Shown: positions 1-11,029 of the stretch, one piece after another
Layout: each line of letters starts with the position of its first letter
Numbering within the stretch: position 1 is the first letter of the stretch
Origin: Octopus bimaculoides
Taxonomy: Eukaryota
Reading direction: 5' to 3'
DNA length: 37,084 nt
Assembly (NCBI RefSeq): GCF_001194135.2
Contig: NC_069000.1
Location: forward strand, 43,346,738-43,383,821
The notes under the pieces: model-generated
Seen by the model: only the letters and a program-made list of their open reading frames with translations
The model's database searches: none
What the model was told of the DNA's origin: nothing
Program-made: the position numbers and the translations under genes

Positions 1-28
1 ATATATATATATATGCATATATATATAT

Positions 29-610
29 ATGGGGACTGTCTTGGGCCCGCTCCTCTTTATAGTTTATATAAACGATCTTTCAAGCGTCGTAAATCACTGT
101 AAAGTGAAAATATTTGCTGATGACACTAAGCTCCACCAAATGAAGAAGAAGACCGAACTCAATTCCAGTCTGATCTATATGCTGGGAGTCAATGGGCAGA
201 CAAAAACAAAATGAAATTCAACGAGGGAAAATTTGAGCTGATGTATTTTGGAAGAAAATCTATACTAAAACAGCCATACTCTCTTCCCTTCAGGGGAACC
301 GCTCACAGCATCCAATGATATCAGAGACCTGGGTGTAATTGTTGACAACAATCTCGATTGGAGTGCCCACATCAAAAATAAGGTCAATTCAGCCAGTAGG
401 ATGAGCTCCTGGATCTTATGAACCTTCCGGTCCAGAGAACAAAGTGTCATCATTCCACTTTTCTCTTCCTTTGTACGGCCACACCTCGAATACTGCGGCC
501 CCCTGTGGTCTCCCCATACAAAACAAAACATCTCGAGGATTGAGTCACCCCAGAGGGCACTCACTAAGTGAATTGAAGTCATGACTGATCTTGATTAAAG
601 GGACCGCCTG
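29..610 (+). mobile_element. Decayed CR1/L2-like LINE reverse transcriptase fragment
   Basis: GTVLGPLLFIVYINDL...KIFADDTKL, then in another frame RDLGVIVD...FVRPHLEYC..LWSP, with stops and frameshifts. Confidence 0.88.
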
Positions 611-944
611 TGTTGGTGTGTGTGTATGTATATCTATGTGTAGAAATATACTATATGAAAGATCTATGCTTTATAAATATGCATATATGTGATGTATCAT
701 GTATATGTATATCTATATATCTATATATATATACATATATATAGATATAGATATAGATGTGTGCGTGTGTTTGTGTGTGCATATGTATATATGTGTGTGT
801 GTGTGTATGTGTGCATATATATATATATTATTTTAGTCATTTGACTGCGGCCAAACTGGAGTACTGCATATATGTTACATGTATTTATGTATTTATATAA
901 GGCTCACTTTTAATCCTTTCCGCTCTATTTTAGGATTATCCAAT

Positions 945-996
945 ATGAGGATTTAAAAGAGGAATGCCTTGGAATATGTTTTCAGGAAAAAATTAA
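945..996 (+). promoter_or_regulatory. Two short upstream ORFs in the putative sGC 5' leader (945..956 MRI*, 964..996 MPWNMFSGKN*)
   Basis: ATG...TAA read directly. Relevance depends on 934..1067 being exonic. Confidence 0.35.
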
Positions 997-1064
997 TCTT
1001 GGACGAATCTGGAACTCGGTTAAAGTTAGATTCAGCTGGGATATAAAAACAGAAGACTTTCAAA

Positions 1065-1067
1065 ATG
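1065..1067 (+). CDS. GUCY1B1: Soluble guanylate cyclase beta-1, start codon at the 3' end of a mostly untranslated exon (about 934..1067)
   Basis: caaaATG at 1065-1067 is immediately followed by a perfect donor gtaagt (1068-1073). A polypyrimidine acceptor (ctctattttag) ends at 933. Vertebrate GUCY1B1 exon 1 also ends with the ATG (recalled, not checked). Confidence 0.7.
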
Positions 1068-1099
1068 GTAAGTGTAATTCCAGCTACTTCTGCCATTTT

Positions 1100-2279
1100 G
1101 ATATCTCATGCCTGTAACATTCTGCTTGATAATTCAAATTCGAAAGATCGAACAATTACGGTAAGAGCTTGGACAGGTAAAACAGCAATCGTTTCTCTCT
1201 CAAATTGACCTTGGCTGGCAGAATTCTCTCTCTTGCTCCTCTGGTACGAGCAACAGCGAAGGTCTTCATTAGGTTCGTTAGGTTCAATGACGCCAGTAGT
1301 ATTGGCTCTGAGCCAGGCAACAGTGTCGTTGGCTGTAAGGGCCTTTGCTCCATTTTGTTGCCATGTCCATTCATCTCCTCGCATTACTTGGTTTATGTCG
1401 GGGAACATTTGGGTGCACATTTCATCTTTATACACGAGCTGGTTTACTGCGGGTTTTTTTTTTTCTTTCTTCTCTACGATGGAAAATGTTTTTGCTCAAC
1501 AGCGTCTCCTTCAATAAACCGAAACTCTGTTTTACCATGCCAGGAGACCGCACCATAGCATATGAGTGATGGCTGCTGTAACCCTAATTACCACCAGCAG
1601 ATCATTCACAGAAATGTTTGTTTTAACCTGTACAGCATGATAAATGCGATCATTTTGGGAGTTCAAAGGTGAATGAAAACTGAAATTTGATTCATCGGAA
1701 AACCACACTTGCTTCCACATATCGTGTCCTTCGAAACAATTTATCAGTGTCTGACATTTTTGTTCTCGTGCGTAAGAAAATTACATTTAATTCTCCTACA
1801 GCACTTTAATTCGGATTGTTGAAGAATGCGAAAGACTGTATCTTTTAATAACTGTAGTGCTCGGCAAATTTCACGCTGACAGGAATGTCTTCCTTCGTGT
1901 CTTGACGGTGTGACAGCAAAGTCCAACACAGCCCGTTTGATAGGCGAATGAATTTTCTTGATTGTGCCAGATCCAAACATTTACGAACTTTAGCAGCAGG
2001 TGATCCTTCCCTTTTAAGTACAACATCGGGAATTTGGTTTTTAGTTCTCGAACTAAAGAACTCTGGCAAAATTTCTTGGTACTCGTTCAGTCCCTAAGTT
2101 GAATGTTCTTTCTTGAAGAGAACAATCACTTCGCGTTGAAAACCTGGAATTAAAAAAAAAGGAATTAGAAAATTTATTTTGGTTAATTTTTTTAGTTAAT
2201 TGATAAAGTAAGATACAGTAAAATACATGTGCAGAATACATAAAATCTAAAATTTCCTGGTTTCTTGTGGGGCACCCTG
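1100..2279 (-). mobile_element. Decayed Tc1/mariner superfamily element, maT (DD37D)-like, in sGC intron 1
   Basis: Minus-strand pieces WFSDES...NSQNDRIY and WTWQQNGAKALTA. The element end reads TA|CAGGGTG (cacccTG|ta at 2273-2281). The opposite TIR was not found. Confidence 0.8.
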
Positions 2280-2321
2280 TATATATGTGAGTGTATGTAT
2301 TTTTATGTACGTGCGTATCAT

Positions 2322-2355
<34 letters not shown>

Positions 2356-3172
2356 TCCAAGGAGAATATTCTAGAAAAGTCTGAGAAAGTCTTATAAAAA
2401 CGAAACAGAGTTCGATTACAACAACAACAATTTGTGCGACCCTCTTAATGGTCAGCTTTTGCTAGAAATAACTGCACTATTTTACTCACAACTCATGCAC
2501 TATCCTTTTAAACTAAAGTAAAATAAACATCAGAAGACGTAGTCCTAGATGTACCTAAAACAAACGAGATGGCCACATCTGAAATACTGTTATTAGTCTG
2601 CTTGACTGGAACTGATTTAGGGAACTGATTGTGTGTGTGTGAGTGAATTTATTGGTTGATTGATACGTAGATTCTGATGATTTTTAAGGTTGTTTTTCTT
2701 TGATTGTTTGTGTTTTATTTGTGGTGTGGNNNNNNNNNNNNNNNNNNNNNNNNNNNNNNNNNNNNNNNNNNNNNNNNNNNNNNNNNNNNNNNNNNNNNNN
2801 NNNNNNNNNNNNNNNNNNNNNNNNNNNNNNNNNNNNNNNNNNNNNNNNNNNNNNNNNNNNNNNNNNNNNNNNNNNNNNNNNNNNNNNNNNNNNNNNNNNN
2901 NNNNNNNNNNNNNNNNNNNNNNNNNNNNNNNNNNNNNNNNNNNNNNNNNNNNNNNNNNNNNNNNNNNNNNNNNNNNNNNNNNNNNNNNNNNNNNNNNNNN
3001 NNNNNNNNNNNNNNNNNNNNNNNNNNNNNNNNNNNNNNNNNNNNNNNNNNNNNNNNNNNNNNNNNNNNNNNNNNNNNNNNNNNNNNNNNNNNNNNNNNNN
3101 NNNNNNNNNNNNNNNNNNNNNNNNNNNNNNNNNNNNNNNNNNNNNNNNNNNNNNNNNNNNNNNNNNNNNNNN

Positions 3173-3230
<58 letters not shown>

Positions 3231-3289
3231 TAGGTATGTATATGTATGCGTATATATAGGATGATAAATAAAATGTCCTCCTCTCTTGT

Positions 3290-3480
3290 TAGTCACATTC
3301 ACCTTCTCAAGAATAATAGCATTTCTTGGTCGATCATTAAAACAAGAGGGATGTACAGGATGACGGAGCTCCATGCAATAAAGAGTCCATCGAAATTTTA
3401 AGAGAACGTCTCTGCCACCTTCTGAACTACCAGAAGGAGGCAATNNNNNNNNNNTTCTGAACTACCAGAAGGAGGCAATA
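3290..3480 (+). mobile_element. Possible Tc1-like transposase remnant
   Basis: One frame reads VQDDGAPCNKESIEILRE, resembling the QQDGAPxH motif. Very short and degraded. Confidence 0.3.
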
Positions 3481-3685
3481 TCTTTTTATGCTCATCGATA
3501 TTTTTAAAATATTTAGGCTTTTTTTTTTTTCACCATAGATCGATATGATCTGATCAAGCTTAATCTAAGTCAACGCATGCGTGGTCGATAATTTGTTTAA
3601 CTTTATCTTCAGCAGTTTCTGTCTTCTCACCTTGTGATTATACACCTTTATGGTTTATTGACCTTATTTAATCATTCAATTATCA

Positions 3686-3686
3686 G

Positions 3687-3722
<36 letters not shown>

Positions 3723-3725
3723 GCT

Positions 3726-3771
<46 letters not shown>
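3686..3771. repeat. (ATC)n microsatellite
   Basis: Direct reading. Source of the poly-Ile ORF 3634..3903. Confidence 0.9.
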
Positions 3772-4456
3772 GTTCTGTCGCCATCATTTAGAATCTTGAG
3801 TGAAAATGAATATTTCATTAGCTGTTTATGCAACCATGGATGCCGCCCCTATGGATGTGATGCAGTTACTTTCTCGATGGAGTTTGGTCATTCTCACCGT
3901 TGATCTCCTAGGATTTCTCTGCTCAGCATCAATGTAAGAAACACTGTGGGCTCAGTTAAGCTCATCTTTTGCCTCTTCACCATCCGCCAGTCTCATGAGT
4001 TCACGCTGTCCCTAGCGAGGTTGCTGAACAGGTGCCATTCTTTACCAAAGGATAACCCATAACTATACATGGCACGGTCGTCATTCCGTGGGATATTTTC
4101 AAAACTCCCGTATACTCAATTAATAATTGATTACATTTATTATCCCTAGATTCTCGATGTGGATTCTTATGCCAGGGGATGGTCATCTTTTCCCAATTAA
4201 ACACATGCGTTACCTATTTGATCTTCATACACGCACACATACACACACACACACAGACATACAATTAGATATAATTACAACACAGATAAATAAAACCAGG
4301 CATCGCCAGCGGGAAGAAATGAATTCCCGCTGGCTATTAAATCGTACAAGGGAAACAACTCTTTTCGGCTTGATTGCTAGATTATGGCAAAAACCAACAT
4401 ATTATGTGTGTGTGTATATATATATCTATATATATGCACACACACACACATATCTT

Positions 4457-4498
<42 letters not shown>

Positions 4499-4689
4499 CA
4501 GACTGATGCGTGCGTGCTTATGTGCGCGTATGTGTGGCAGGTTATGCGTGTGTATGCGTGAGTTTATGAATGCGCTGAATGTGTATGTATGAGTGTGTCT
4601 ACGTGTGGTGTATTTAAATGTGTTTAATTATTCATGTGTGTATGTGTGTGTATATATATATATATGCATTCATATATATAAGTATATGT

Positions 4690-4733
<44 letters not shown>

Positions 4734-4838
4734 GTGTGTGTGTGTGTGTATGTATGGATGGATGGATGGATGGATGGATGGAAGTATATGTATAAATCTG
4801 TATTTATACGTGTTTGTATTCGTTTTCTTTCCCAATAG

Positions 4839-4939
4839 GAAAGCCGCCGACTTAAGTATGGATGGTCACTTCCTGGTGCGATATGTCTACGACGACTCCA
4901 TTTCCTACGATTTGGTTGGTGCCGCTTCGAAAGTTCTAA
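4839..4939 (+). CDS. GUCY1B1: sGC beta-1 coding exon (H-NOX: KAADLSMDGHFLVRYVYDDSISYDLVGAASKVL)
   Basis: Acceptor tttcccaatag, donor gtaagc, 101 nt. Matches the beta-1 motif [25 protein letters not shown]. Confidence 0.93.
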
Positions 4940-5119
4940 GTAAGCTATTTCTTCACATTCCGTGTTTAGTTTGGCGATCGTAGCTGTTGTAATTATTATT
5001 GTTCTTCAAGACCCGGTTACCTCAACCATTTTTTACCTTATCGAACCCTTTGATTCCTATTTGGCTCAGTTGGACCCTCAAAGACATACGATATTTGAAA
5101 ATCCCTTTACATCTTCTCT

Positions 5120-5505
5120 TTGTCTCAATTTGTTTGACTGCGGCCATGCGGGAGCACTTCCCTGAAGGGTTTTAGTTGAACAAATCGAACCCTGTAGTTT
5201 TTTTGTCTTTAAAGCCGAGTACTTATTCTATCAGTCACTTTTGCCGAACTACTAAGTTATGGACAGGTAAACACAAACACCGGTTATCAAGCTGTGGTGG
5301 CAGACAAACATAGACACAAAAACACACACACACACATATATATGTATGGATGTACAACGGACTTTTTCCGTTTCCGTCTACCAAATCCACTCACAAGGCT
5401 TTGGTCGTTCCGAGACTATAGTAGAAGACACTTGTCCAAGGTGCCACGCAATAGAACTGAACCTGGAACCATATGATTGGTAAGCAAGCTTCTTACCACA
5501 CAGCT
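5120..5505 (-). mobile_element. tRNA-derived SINE, family B (near full length)
   Basis: Minus-strand head gtggtaagaagcttgctt...ggttccaggttcagt, body ggcaccttggacaagtgtcttctactatag...gtggatttggtagacggaaac, tail gccgcagtcaaac. The same family recurs at 13157, 22322, 26768, 31742 and 34084. Confidence 0.7.
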
Positions 5506-5600
5506 ACGTTGTGCCTATATGTTAAATATTATCAGGAATTATATTAAAAATATGTTGAAATATTTCGTGGACCAGTTTGTTGCACACAATTTTGAACCCA

Positions 5601-5818
5601 CGAACGGGCGCTGAGAAGTTCTTGGTTTTAAGGGTGTCGCGAAGGGCCTGGCTGGAGGCCTAACTTCCCGAGATCTTTTACAGCTCTCAGAAAAACTAAA
5701 GGCGTGCTACAATAAGGGTCTGAATCTGAGAAGGGGAATATTTTGCATAAAACCATAATTAACTGAGCCTCCTTTATTTTCTTTTACACAAAGCCGGGAT
5801 CTTTTTAGCAACCCCTCG
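5601..5818. mobile_element. Mariner-derived MITE (about 220 bp)
   Basis: Imperfect terminal inverted repeats cgaacgggcgctgagaagttcttggtt and aagccgggatctttttagcaacccctcg|ta, similar to the TACGAGG-type mariner ends at 18434 and 18711. Confidence 0.6.
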
Positions 5819-6016
5819 TATGTAAGCATGTGTATATCACTGTACATGTATATATCTGTGTATGTGTACGACTGTATATCTGTGTACGTGTAAGTGTGTA
5901 TATATGTATATGTTTATATGTGTACATGTGTGTACGTGTGACAGTCTGCGTATGGATGCATGTATGTAAGCGTGTGTGTGTGTGTGTTGACATCAGATTT
6001 CTCGCCTTCATATCCT

Positions 6017-6190
6017 TCGTTACACCGGACAAATTGTTTAGCACCATTTCGTCAGTCTTTATGTTCGGGTTCAAATCCTGTCGAGATCGACTTTGCCTTT
6101 CATCCTTTAGGGGTCGATAAAATAAGTGCCAGCTGAACGCTAGGGTCATTGTACTTGACTTAACCCCTCCCCCGAAATTGTTAGCCTTTT
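6017..6190 (+). mobile_element. SINE family A copy ending about 40 nt upstream of the sGC acceptor at 6229
   Basis: Core gggttcaaatcc...gactttgcctttcatcctttaggggtcgataaaataagt is shared with many copies in the window. Confidence 0.7.
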
Positions 6191-6229
6191 ATCTCAAAAA
6201 TTTGAAGTTGATATTCTCCATTCTTGCAG

Positions 6230-6447
6230 AACTTCCGGCTAGTGACATCTTAGAATTGTTTGGAGAAATGTTTTTTGCCTTCTGTCAAGAATCTGGTTAC
6301 GATAAAATTCTGCAAGTCCTTGGAGGTACCACAAAAGACTTCTTGCAGAACTTAGATGCACTACACGACCATCTAGCCAGCATTTACCCAGGCATGCGCG
6401 CTCCTTCTTTCAGATGTTCAGAAAGAGCGGAAGATGGAGCAACGATA
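6230..6447 (+). CDS. GUCY1B1: sGC beta-1 coding exon, 3' end lost in gap (H-NOX with heme-ligating His)
   Basis: Acceptor ttcttgcag. Reads [63 protein letters not shown]. The His105-equivalent codon CAC is at 6364-6366. Runs into N-gap 6448..6851. Confidence 0.95.
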
Positions 6448-6955
6448 NNNNNNNNNNNNNNNNNNNNNNNNNNNNNNNNNNNNNNNNNNNNNNNNNNNNN
6501 NNNNNNNNNNNNNNNNNNNNNNNNNNNNNNNNNNNNNNNNNNNNNNNNNNNNNNNNNNNNNNNNNNNNNNNNNNNNNNNNNNNNNNNNNNNNNNNNNNNN
6601 NNNNNNNNNNNNNNNNNNNNNNNNNNNNNNNNNNNNNNNNNNNNNNNNNNNNNNNNNNNNNNNNNNNNNNNNNNNNNNNNNNNNNNNNNNNNNNNNNNNN
6701 NNNNNNNNNNNNNNNNNNNNNNNNNNNNNNNNNNNNNNNNNNNNNNNNNNNNNNNNNNNNNNNNNNNNNNNNNNNNNNNNNNNNNNNNNNNNNNNNNNNN
6801 NNNNNNNNNNNNNNNNNNNNNNNNNNNNNNNNNNNNNNNNNNNNNNNNNNNTATATATATATATATACATACACGCATATATGAAATGTACATATATAAA
6901 TGTATATATGAGACATGAATCTACTTATGCTTATATTTTCAATGAATGCACACAG

Positions 6956-7116
6956 GTGAATGTTGAAGTGATAAAAACGAAAGGTGAAGATTCAGACCAT
7001 GTCCAGTTCGCCATTATTGAACTGGAGGGAGGTGAGCAAAAGACCAGTACTGAAATGGATGTCAATGAAAATACTCTGTCTACAGAACCGAAAATCAGTC
7101 CCATAACGTTTTGTCG
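6956..7116 (+). CDS. GUCY1B1: sGC beta-1 coding exon (end of H-NOX and linker: VNVEVIKTK...KISPITFC)
   Basis: Acceptor gcacacag, donor gtgagt. DHVQFAIIE and PKISPITFC match beta-1 DHTQFLIEE and SRISPYTFC. The phase 2 end fits the next exon. The acceptor is slightly less certain because the upstream exon end is in a gap. Confidence 0.88.
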
Positions 7117-7129
7117 GTGAGTATATATT

Positions 7130-7940
7130 GAGAGGAAGGAATGGAAGAGAAACTGTAAGAGCTGGCAGAAGATAAAGCGCTGTCAAAAGAGAAAGTAGGT
7201 GAGATAAAAGGAAAATGAGAGGTAGTATGGAGAGTAAGTTAGCTAGATTGGAGAGAATTGAGTGAGGTAGATATAGAGAGGAATAAAGAGAATGTGCCAA
7301 AGAGAGACAGTAATACGGGTAAAGAGAATGAGAGATAGAGGGAAAGATGTCAGTAAAAGAGAAAAATAATGTAGAGAGAGAAAGAGAAAGATGTGCAGTA
7401 GAGGGAGTTGGAGCTAGTGTAGGGAGAGAAAGGGGGAAGTAATCAGTAAGAAGATTGCAATAAAGGAGGAGTAGTTATGGAGATAAAATGAACCAGAGAA
7501 GCAGTAAGAAGAAGAGAGAGAAGGAGATGATATTGTGGAGAGAAAGAAGAAGTTAGATATAGAGAGAGGGGAAGAAAGGTGTATGGAAATGTCGGAGTCA
7601 TACAAGAGCCCGTGTTGGTAGGATATATATATATATTCATAGGGAGTGAGTATGAGAGAGAGAGAGAGAGAGAGAGAGAGTAGTACATGTGAGAGGGATA
7701 TAAAGGAAGTCGGGGACGCGGAGTATCATGTAAGGGAGAGGTGGAGAGAGATTGAAAGAACATAACTCAGGGAGGAGACAAATAGACTGTGAGATGAGTT
7801 GAATGATTTGATGTGGCTAATTAGTGGAGGAGTTGGCAATCCGAATCGAGTGTGATCTCTGAATATAAGTGATTGCGGATGAGTGAGAATTAAGGAAGAG
7901 GGTAGGAATGACGAAAGACTAAGCGTTAAAGAGAAGTTAT
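7130..7940 (+). other. Purine-rich low-complexity intronic tract including (AG)n
   Basis: About 800 nt dominated by A and G with very few C on the plus strand. No coding signal. Confidence 0.7.
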
Positions 7941-7949
7941 GTACAGTAC

Positions 7950-8290
7950 ATTACACGAAGAGGATCTGGTTTTGTTTTCAAAAAGCCTACATCAATGCCA
8001 TGCAGGTCTCTCAGGTTTTGTGGGATGGTACGGAAGAGTAGTGGGCCTTTTAAGCCCAAGCTGTTGCTATATCTGGTTCTCTATCTTGATGGCAATGTTG
8101 GGGTTTTTGGTGCAATGCAGTGGCACCCCGTCCTGTTTGGTACAAGTTTTTCTAGGATTTTCCAAATGTATATTACTCCATATCTTTCCCGCCTTCACTC
8201 CAGGGAATAGAGTCTTGACTCTTTTAGCCTCCCCCAGTAGCTGACACGTTGCATTATGTCGATCTTCTTGGTGTAGCTTCGTTGGTTCAC
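7950..8290 (-). mobile_element. CR1/L2-like LINE ORF2 C-terminal remnant
   Basis: Minus-strand frame reads SYWGRLKESRLYSLE*RRERYGVIYIWKILEKLVPN...SLGLKGPLLF..IPQNLRDL. Confidence 0.8.
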
Positions 8291-8319
8291 CTCGACTTAT
8301 ACATACATACATATATGTA

Positions 8320-8650
8320 TGTATGGAGACTGGCAAGCCAGGAGGCCGCACCAGGCTCCAATCTGATCTGGCAATGTTTCTACAGCTGGATGCCCTTCCT
8401 AACGCCAACCACTCCGAGAGTGTAATGGGTGCTTTTTATGTGCCACCGGCACTGACATCGGCCACGTTTGCATGCTGCTTTTTACGTGCCACCGGCACAA
8501 GAGCCAGTCTGGATCCGGGGGGAGGAGATGGCATCGACCACGTTCGGGTGGTGTTTTTTACGTGCCACCGGCACGGGGAGCTAGTCAGGCGGCTCTAGTA
8601 GCGACCCACGCATGAATGAATGGTGCTTATCGCGTAGTGAACAGCTGACA
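8320..8650. repeat. Interspersed repeat with three internal 20-nt direct repeats (tttttacgtgccaccggcac)
   Basis: Repeats at 8433, 8479 and 8555. The ggatgcccttcctaacgccaaccact segment has diverged relatives at about 18970 and 36550. Confidence 0.6.
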
Positions 8651-8689
8651 CCGTAGTACATCTCCTGCGTTATGAGCTGTGCAAAGGCA

Positions 8690-8700
8690 ATAATAATAAT

Positions 8701-8747
<47 letters not shown>

Positions 8748-8780
8748 TAATAATAAGATGATGAGGATGAGGATGAGGAT
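8690..8780. repeat. (TAA)n then (GAGGAT)n microsatellite upstream of the sGC exon at 8823
   Basis: Direct reading. Confidence 0.9.
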
Positions 8781-8822
8781 TTTTTATTCGCTCTTCATAG
8801 TCTAATGACTTCTCTTTGCCAG

Positions 8823-9112
8823 GGCATTTCCTTTTCACGTTATGTTTGACCAGAAGTTGGTGATATGCCAAACTGGAAATTCCATTTCGCGAGTGATTCC
8901 GGAAGTTGTAGAGAAGAGATTGAAAATCAATGAAATATTCGAAATGATTCGACCACACATGGGTCTCAGCTTCGAGAACATTCTTGCACATATCAACACC
9001 GTATTTGTTTTCCGCTCCAAGAAGATTTTGATAAACGGAGGAGGGGAACATACGATCGAGAACGATAGCTGTTCGATCTATCAACACGAATCTTCCAGAT
9101 TAAGATTAAAAG
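8823..9112 (+). CDS. GUCY1B1: sGC beta-1 coding exon (H-NOB/PAS: AFPFHVMFD...RPHMGLSFENILAHINTVFV...RLRLK)
   Basis: Acceptor ctctttgccag, donor gtaaaa. 290 nt, phase 2 to phase 1, in frame with both neighbours. Confidence 0.93.
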
Positions 9113-9264
9113 GTAAAAAGTCATTTCTAATTAAGCAGTTAATTACATCGTTAAAAGATTATAATTAACACCTGTAGGACCATGGCCACCACGAAAGAAG
9201 CCACGACAATAAATACGTGTGTGAGCCACTTTGTTTCTTCCGACTCTACGTTCTCAGTGTAGAC

Positions 9265-9562
9265 GTGTTGCTTAGTGGCTTAGTGACTAAGGTGCTTGGC
9301 TCATAGTCGTAAGGTCGTGAGTTCGATTTCCGGCGGCACATCGTGTCCTTGAACAAGACACTTTATTTCACGTTGCTCCAATCCATTCAGCTGTCCAGAG
9401 TTGTATCTGAAATTCAAAGATCAAGCCTTGTCACATTTTGAGTCAGGCTGAATCTTCCTGAGAATTATGTCAGTGGAGTACTCAGCCACTTTCTCGTTAA
9501 CTCCACGAACAAACTGTTCCGTTACTTGGATCAGGTGGGACCCTCATCGTCGTAATTGACAG
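9265..9562 (+). mobile_element. tRNA-derived SINE, family C
   Basis: A-box-like tggcttagtgactaag and B-box-like gagttcgatttcc, then gtgtccttgaacaagacacttta. Its 3' half matches 35268..35442 in reverse. Confidence 0.65.
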
Positions 9563-9626
9563 AATTACAGTTTCCGATCGGAGTTAAAATCCCGATGAGA
9601 TCAAATTTATCGATAGAATAAATTAC

Positions 9627-9840
9627 TTTTTTCTACTCTGGGCACAAGGCCTGAAATTTGGGGGAAAGGGAAAAGTCGATTACATCGACCCCAGTACTCA
9701 ACTGGTACTTAATTTATCGACCCCGAAAGGATGCAAGGCAAAGTCGATCTCGGCGGAATTTGAACTCAGAACGTAGCGGTAGGCGAAATACCGCCAAGCA
9801 TTTCGTCCTGTGCGCTAACGATTCTGCCAGCTCGTCGCCT
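9627..9840 (-). mobile_element. SINE family A, full-length copy
   Basis: Reverse complement reads gagctggcagaatcgttagc...gagttcaaattcc (B box)...ggggtcgataaattaagtaccag...ggccttgtgcccagagtagaa. Confidence 0.8.
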
Positions 9841-9963
9841 TGACAGAATAAAATGCTCAAGACATATTGTGGTTGGTGGTTTCGACTAGTTCCCCTCCCT
9901 TCCAAATTTCCGAACTTGTTCTCAATTCAAAACTTAATAATCGATTGTTTGTTTCCTGTTTAG

Positions 9964-10216
9964 GGCAAATGATTTACGTACCGGAATGCGATTGTATGAT
10001 GTTCCTGTGTTCCCCTAGTGTAATGAACCTTGACGATCTCAATCGAAGAGGTTTGTTCCTCAGTGACATCCCACTCCATGACGCCACACGAGATCTCGTC
10101 CTTATGTCCGAACGCTTCGAGGCAGAATATAAATTGACGCAAAAGCTGGAAGTCCTTACCGAGAAGCTCCAACAAGCGCACAGAGAACTTGAGGACGAGA
10201 AACGGAAGACTGACCA
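9964..10216 (+). CDS. GUCY1B1: sGC beta-1 coding exon (PAS/coiled coil: GQMIYVPE...[14 protein letters not shown]...EDEKRKTD)
   Basis: Acceptor tcctgtttag, donor gtgagt. 253 nt, phase 1 to phase 2. Contains the hallmark [12 protein letters not shown] motif. Confidence 0.96.
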
Positions 10217-10433
10217 GTGAGTCAGCCACTGGCTTTATTTTCATAATATTTTTGTTTCGTTTATGCATTTTAGTTGACATTTTTTTTTGTTTTAGGTTCG
10301 TTTCGATTGTTTATTTTGTTTTATAACCATATATTTTGATTTATAAAATATATTTTACTTTTGTGTGTGTTTTCATTTAATACTAGTTAAATATTTTTTA
10401 ACGATAATGACAATGATGTGAGGATAGTAATGT

Positions 10434-10616
10434 GGCGAAATGCTTAGCGGTATTTCGTCTGCCGCTACGTTCTGAGTTCAAATTCCACCGAGGTCGACTT
10501 TGCCTTTCATCCTTTCGGGGTCGATAAATTAAGTACCAGCTGTGTACTGAGGTCGATCTAATCGACTGACCCTCTCTCCCAAAATTTCGGGCCTTGTGCC
10601 TAGAGTGGAAAAGAAT
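10434..10616 (+). mobile_element. SINE family A copy, 5'-truncated
   Basis: About 89-90% identical by eye to the reverse complement of 9631..9807. Confidence 0.8.
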
Positions 10617-11029
10617 GAGGTGAGGATATTGATGGTGGTGGTAGTGGCGATGGTGGTGGTGGTGGTGGTGGTGGTGGTGACGACGATGACGACCACCACG
10701 ACGCTGTTGAAATAACATTATGAAAAGAGAACAATACTACCACCGCCCATGGAGCAATCGTTGTGATGCTTACACTTTACTAGCGATAGATTTACGAGTT
10801 CGAATCTCGTAAATGAAGTCTTATTTTTATTTCATTTTATTTTATTTATTTACTTGTATTTNNNNNNNNNNNNNNNNNNNNNNNNNNNNNNNNNNNNNNN
10901 NNNNNNNNNNNNNNNNNNNNNNNNNNNNNNNATTTTAACCGATAGACCAACGATTCTGCCGGACTGCTGCCTTATATTCGATCTTTAATTATTGGTTCCC
11001 CATTTTGGTGCCAATCCAGCAAGTTCAAG

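Noticed and set aside
3420-3480. Direct duplication ttctgaactaccagaaggaggcaat around 10 Ns
   Set aside because: Overlapping contig ends across a placeholder gap; assembly artifact.
3634-3690. LYGLL…NH as a candidate for the missing sGC exon 2
   Set aside because: Poor match to YGFVNHALE, no suitable acceptor/donor pair, and it runs into (ATC)n.
3790-4200. Possible gypsy gag-like remnant on the minus strand (…LSREILGDQR)
   Set aside because: Single weak motif with multiple stops; not supportable.
4305-4334. 11-bp GC-rich hairpin gccagcgggaa/ttcccgctggc resembling a terminator
   Set aside because: Eukaryotic intron, no U-tract, and short enough to occur by chance.
8433-8574. Three 20-nt direct repeats with unique spacers (CRISPR-like look)
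   Set aside because: Only three units, unequal spacers (26 and 56 nt), no cas genes, eukaryotic intron; part of an interspersed repeat.
9265-9340. tRNA-like A/B box sequence
   Set aside because: No complete cloverleaf; it continues into a SINE body. The same applies to the heads of SINE families A and B.
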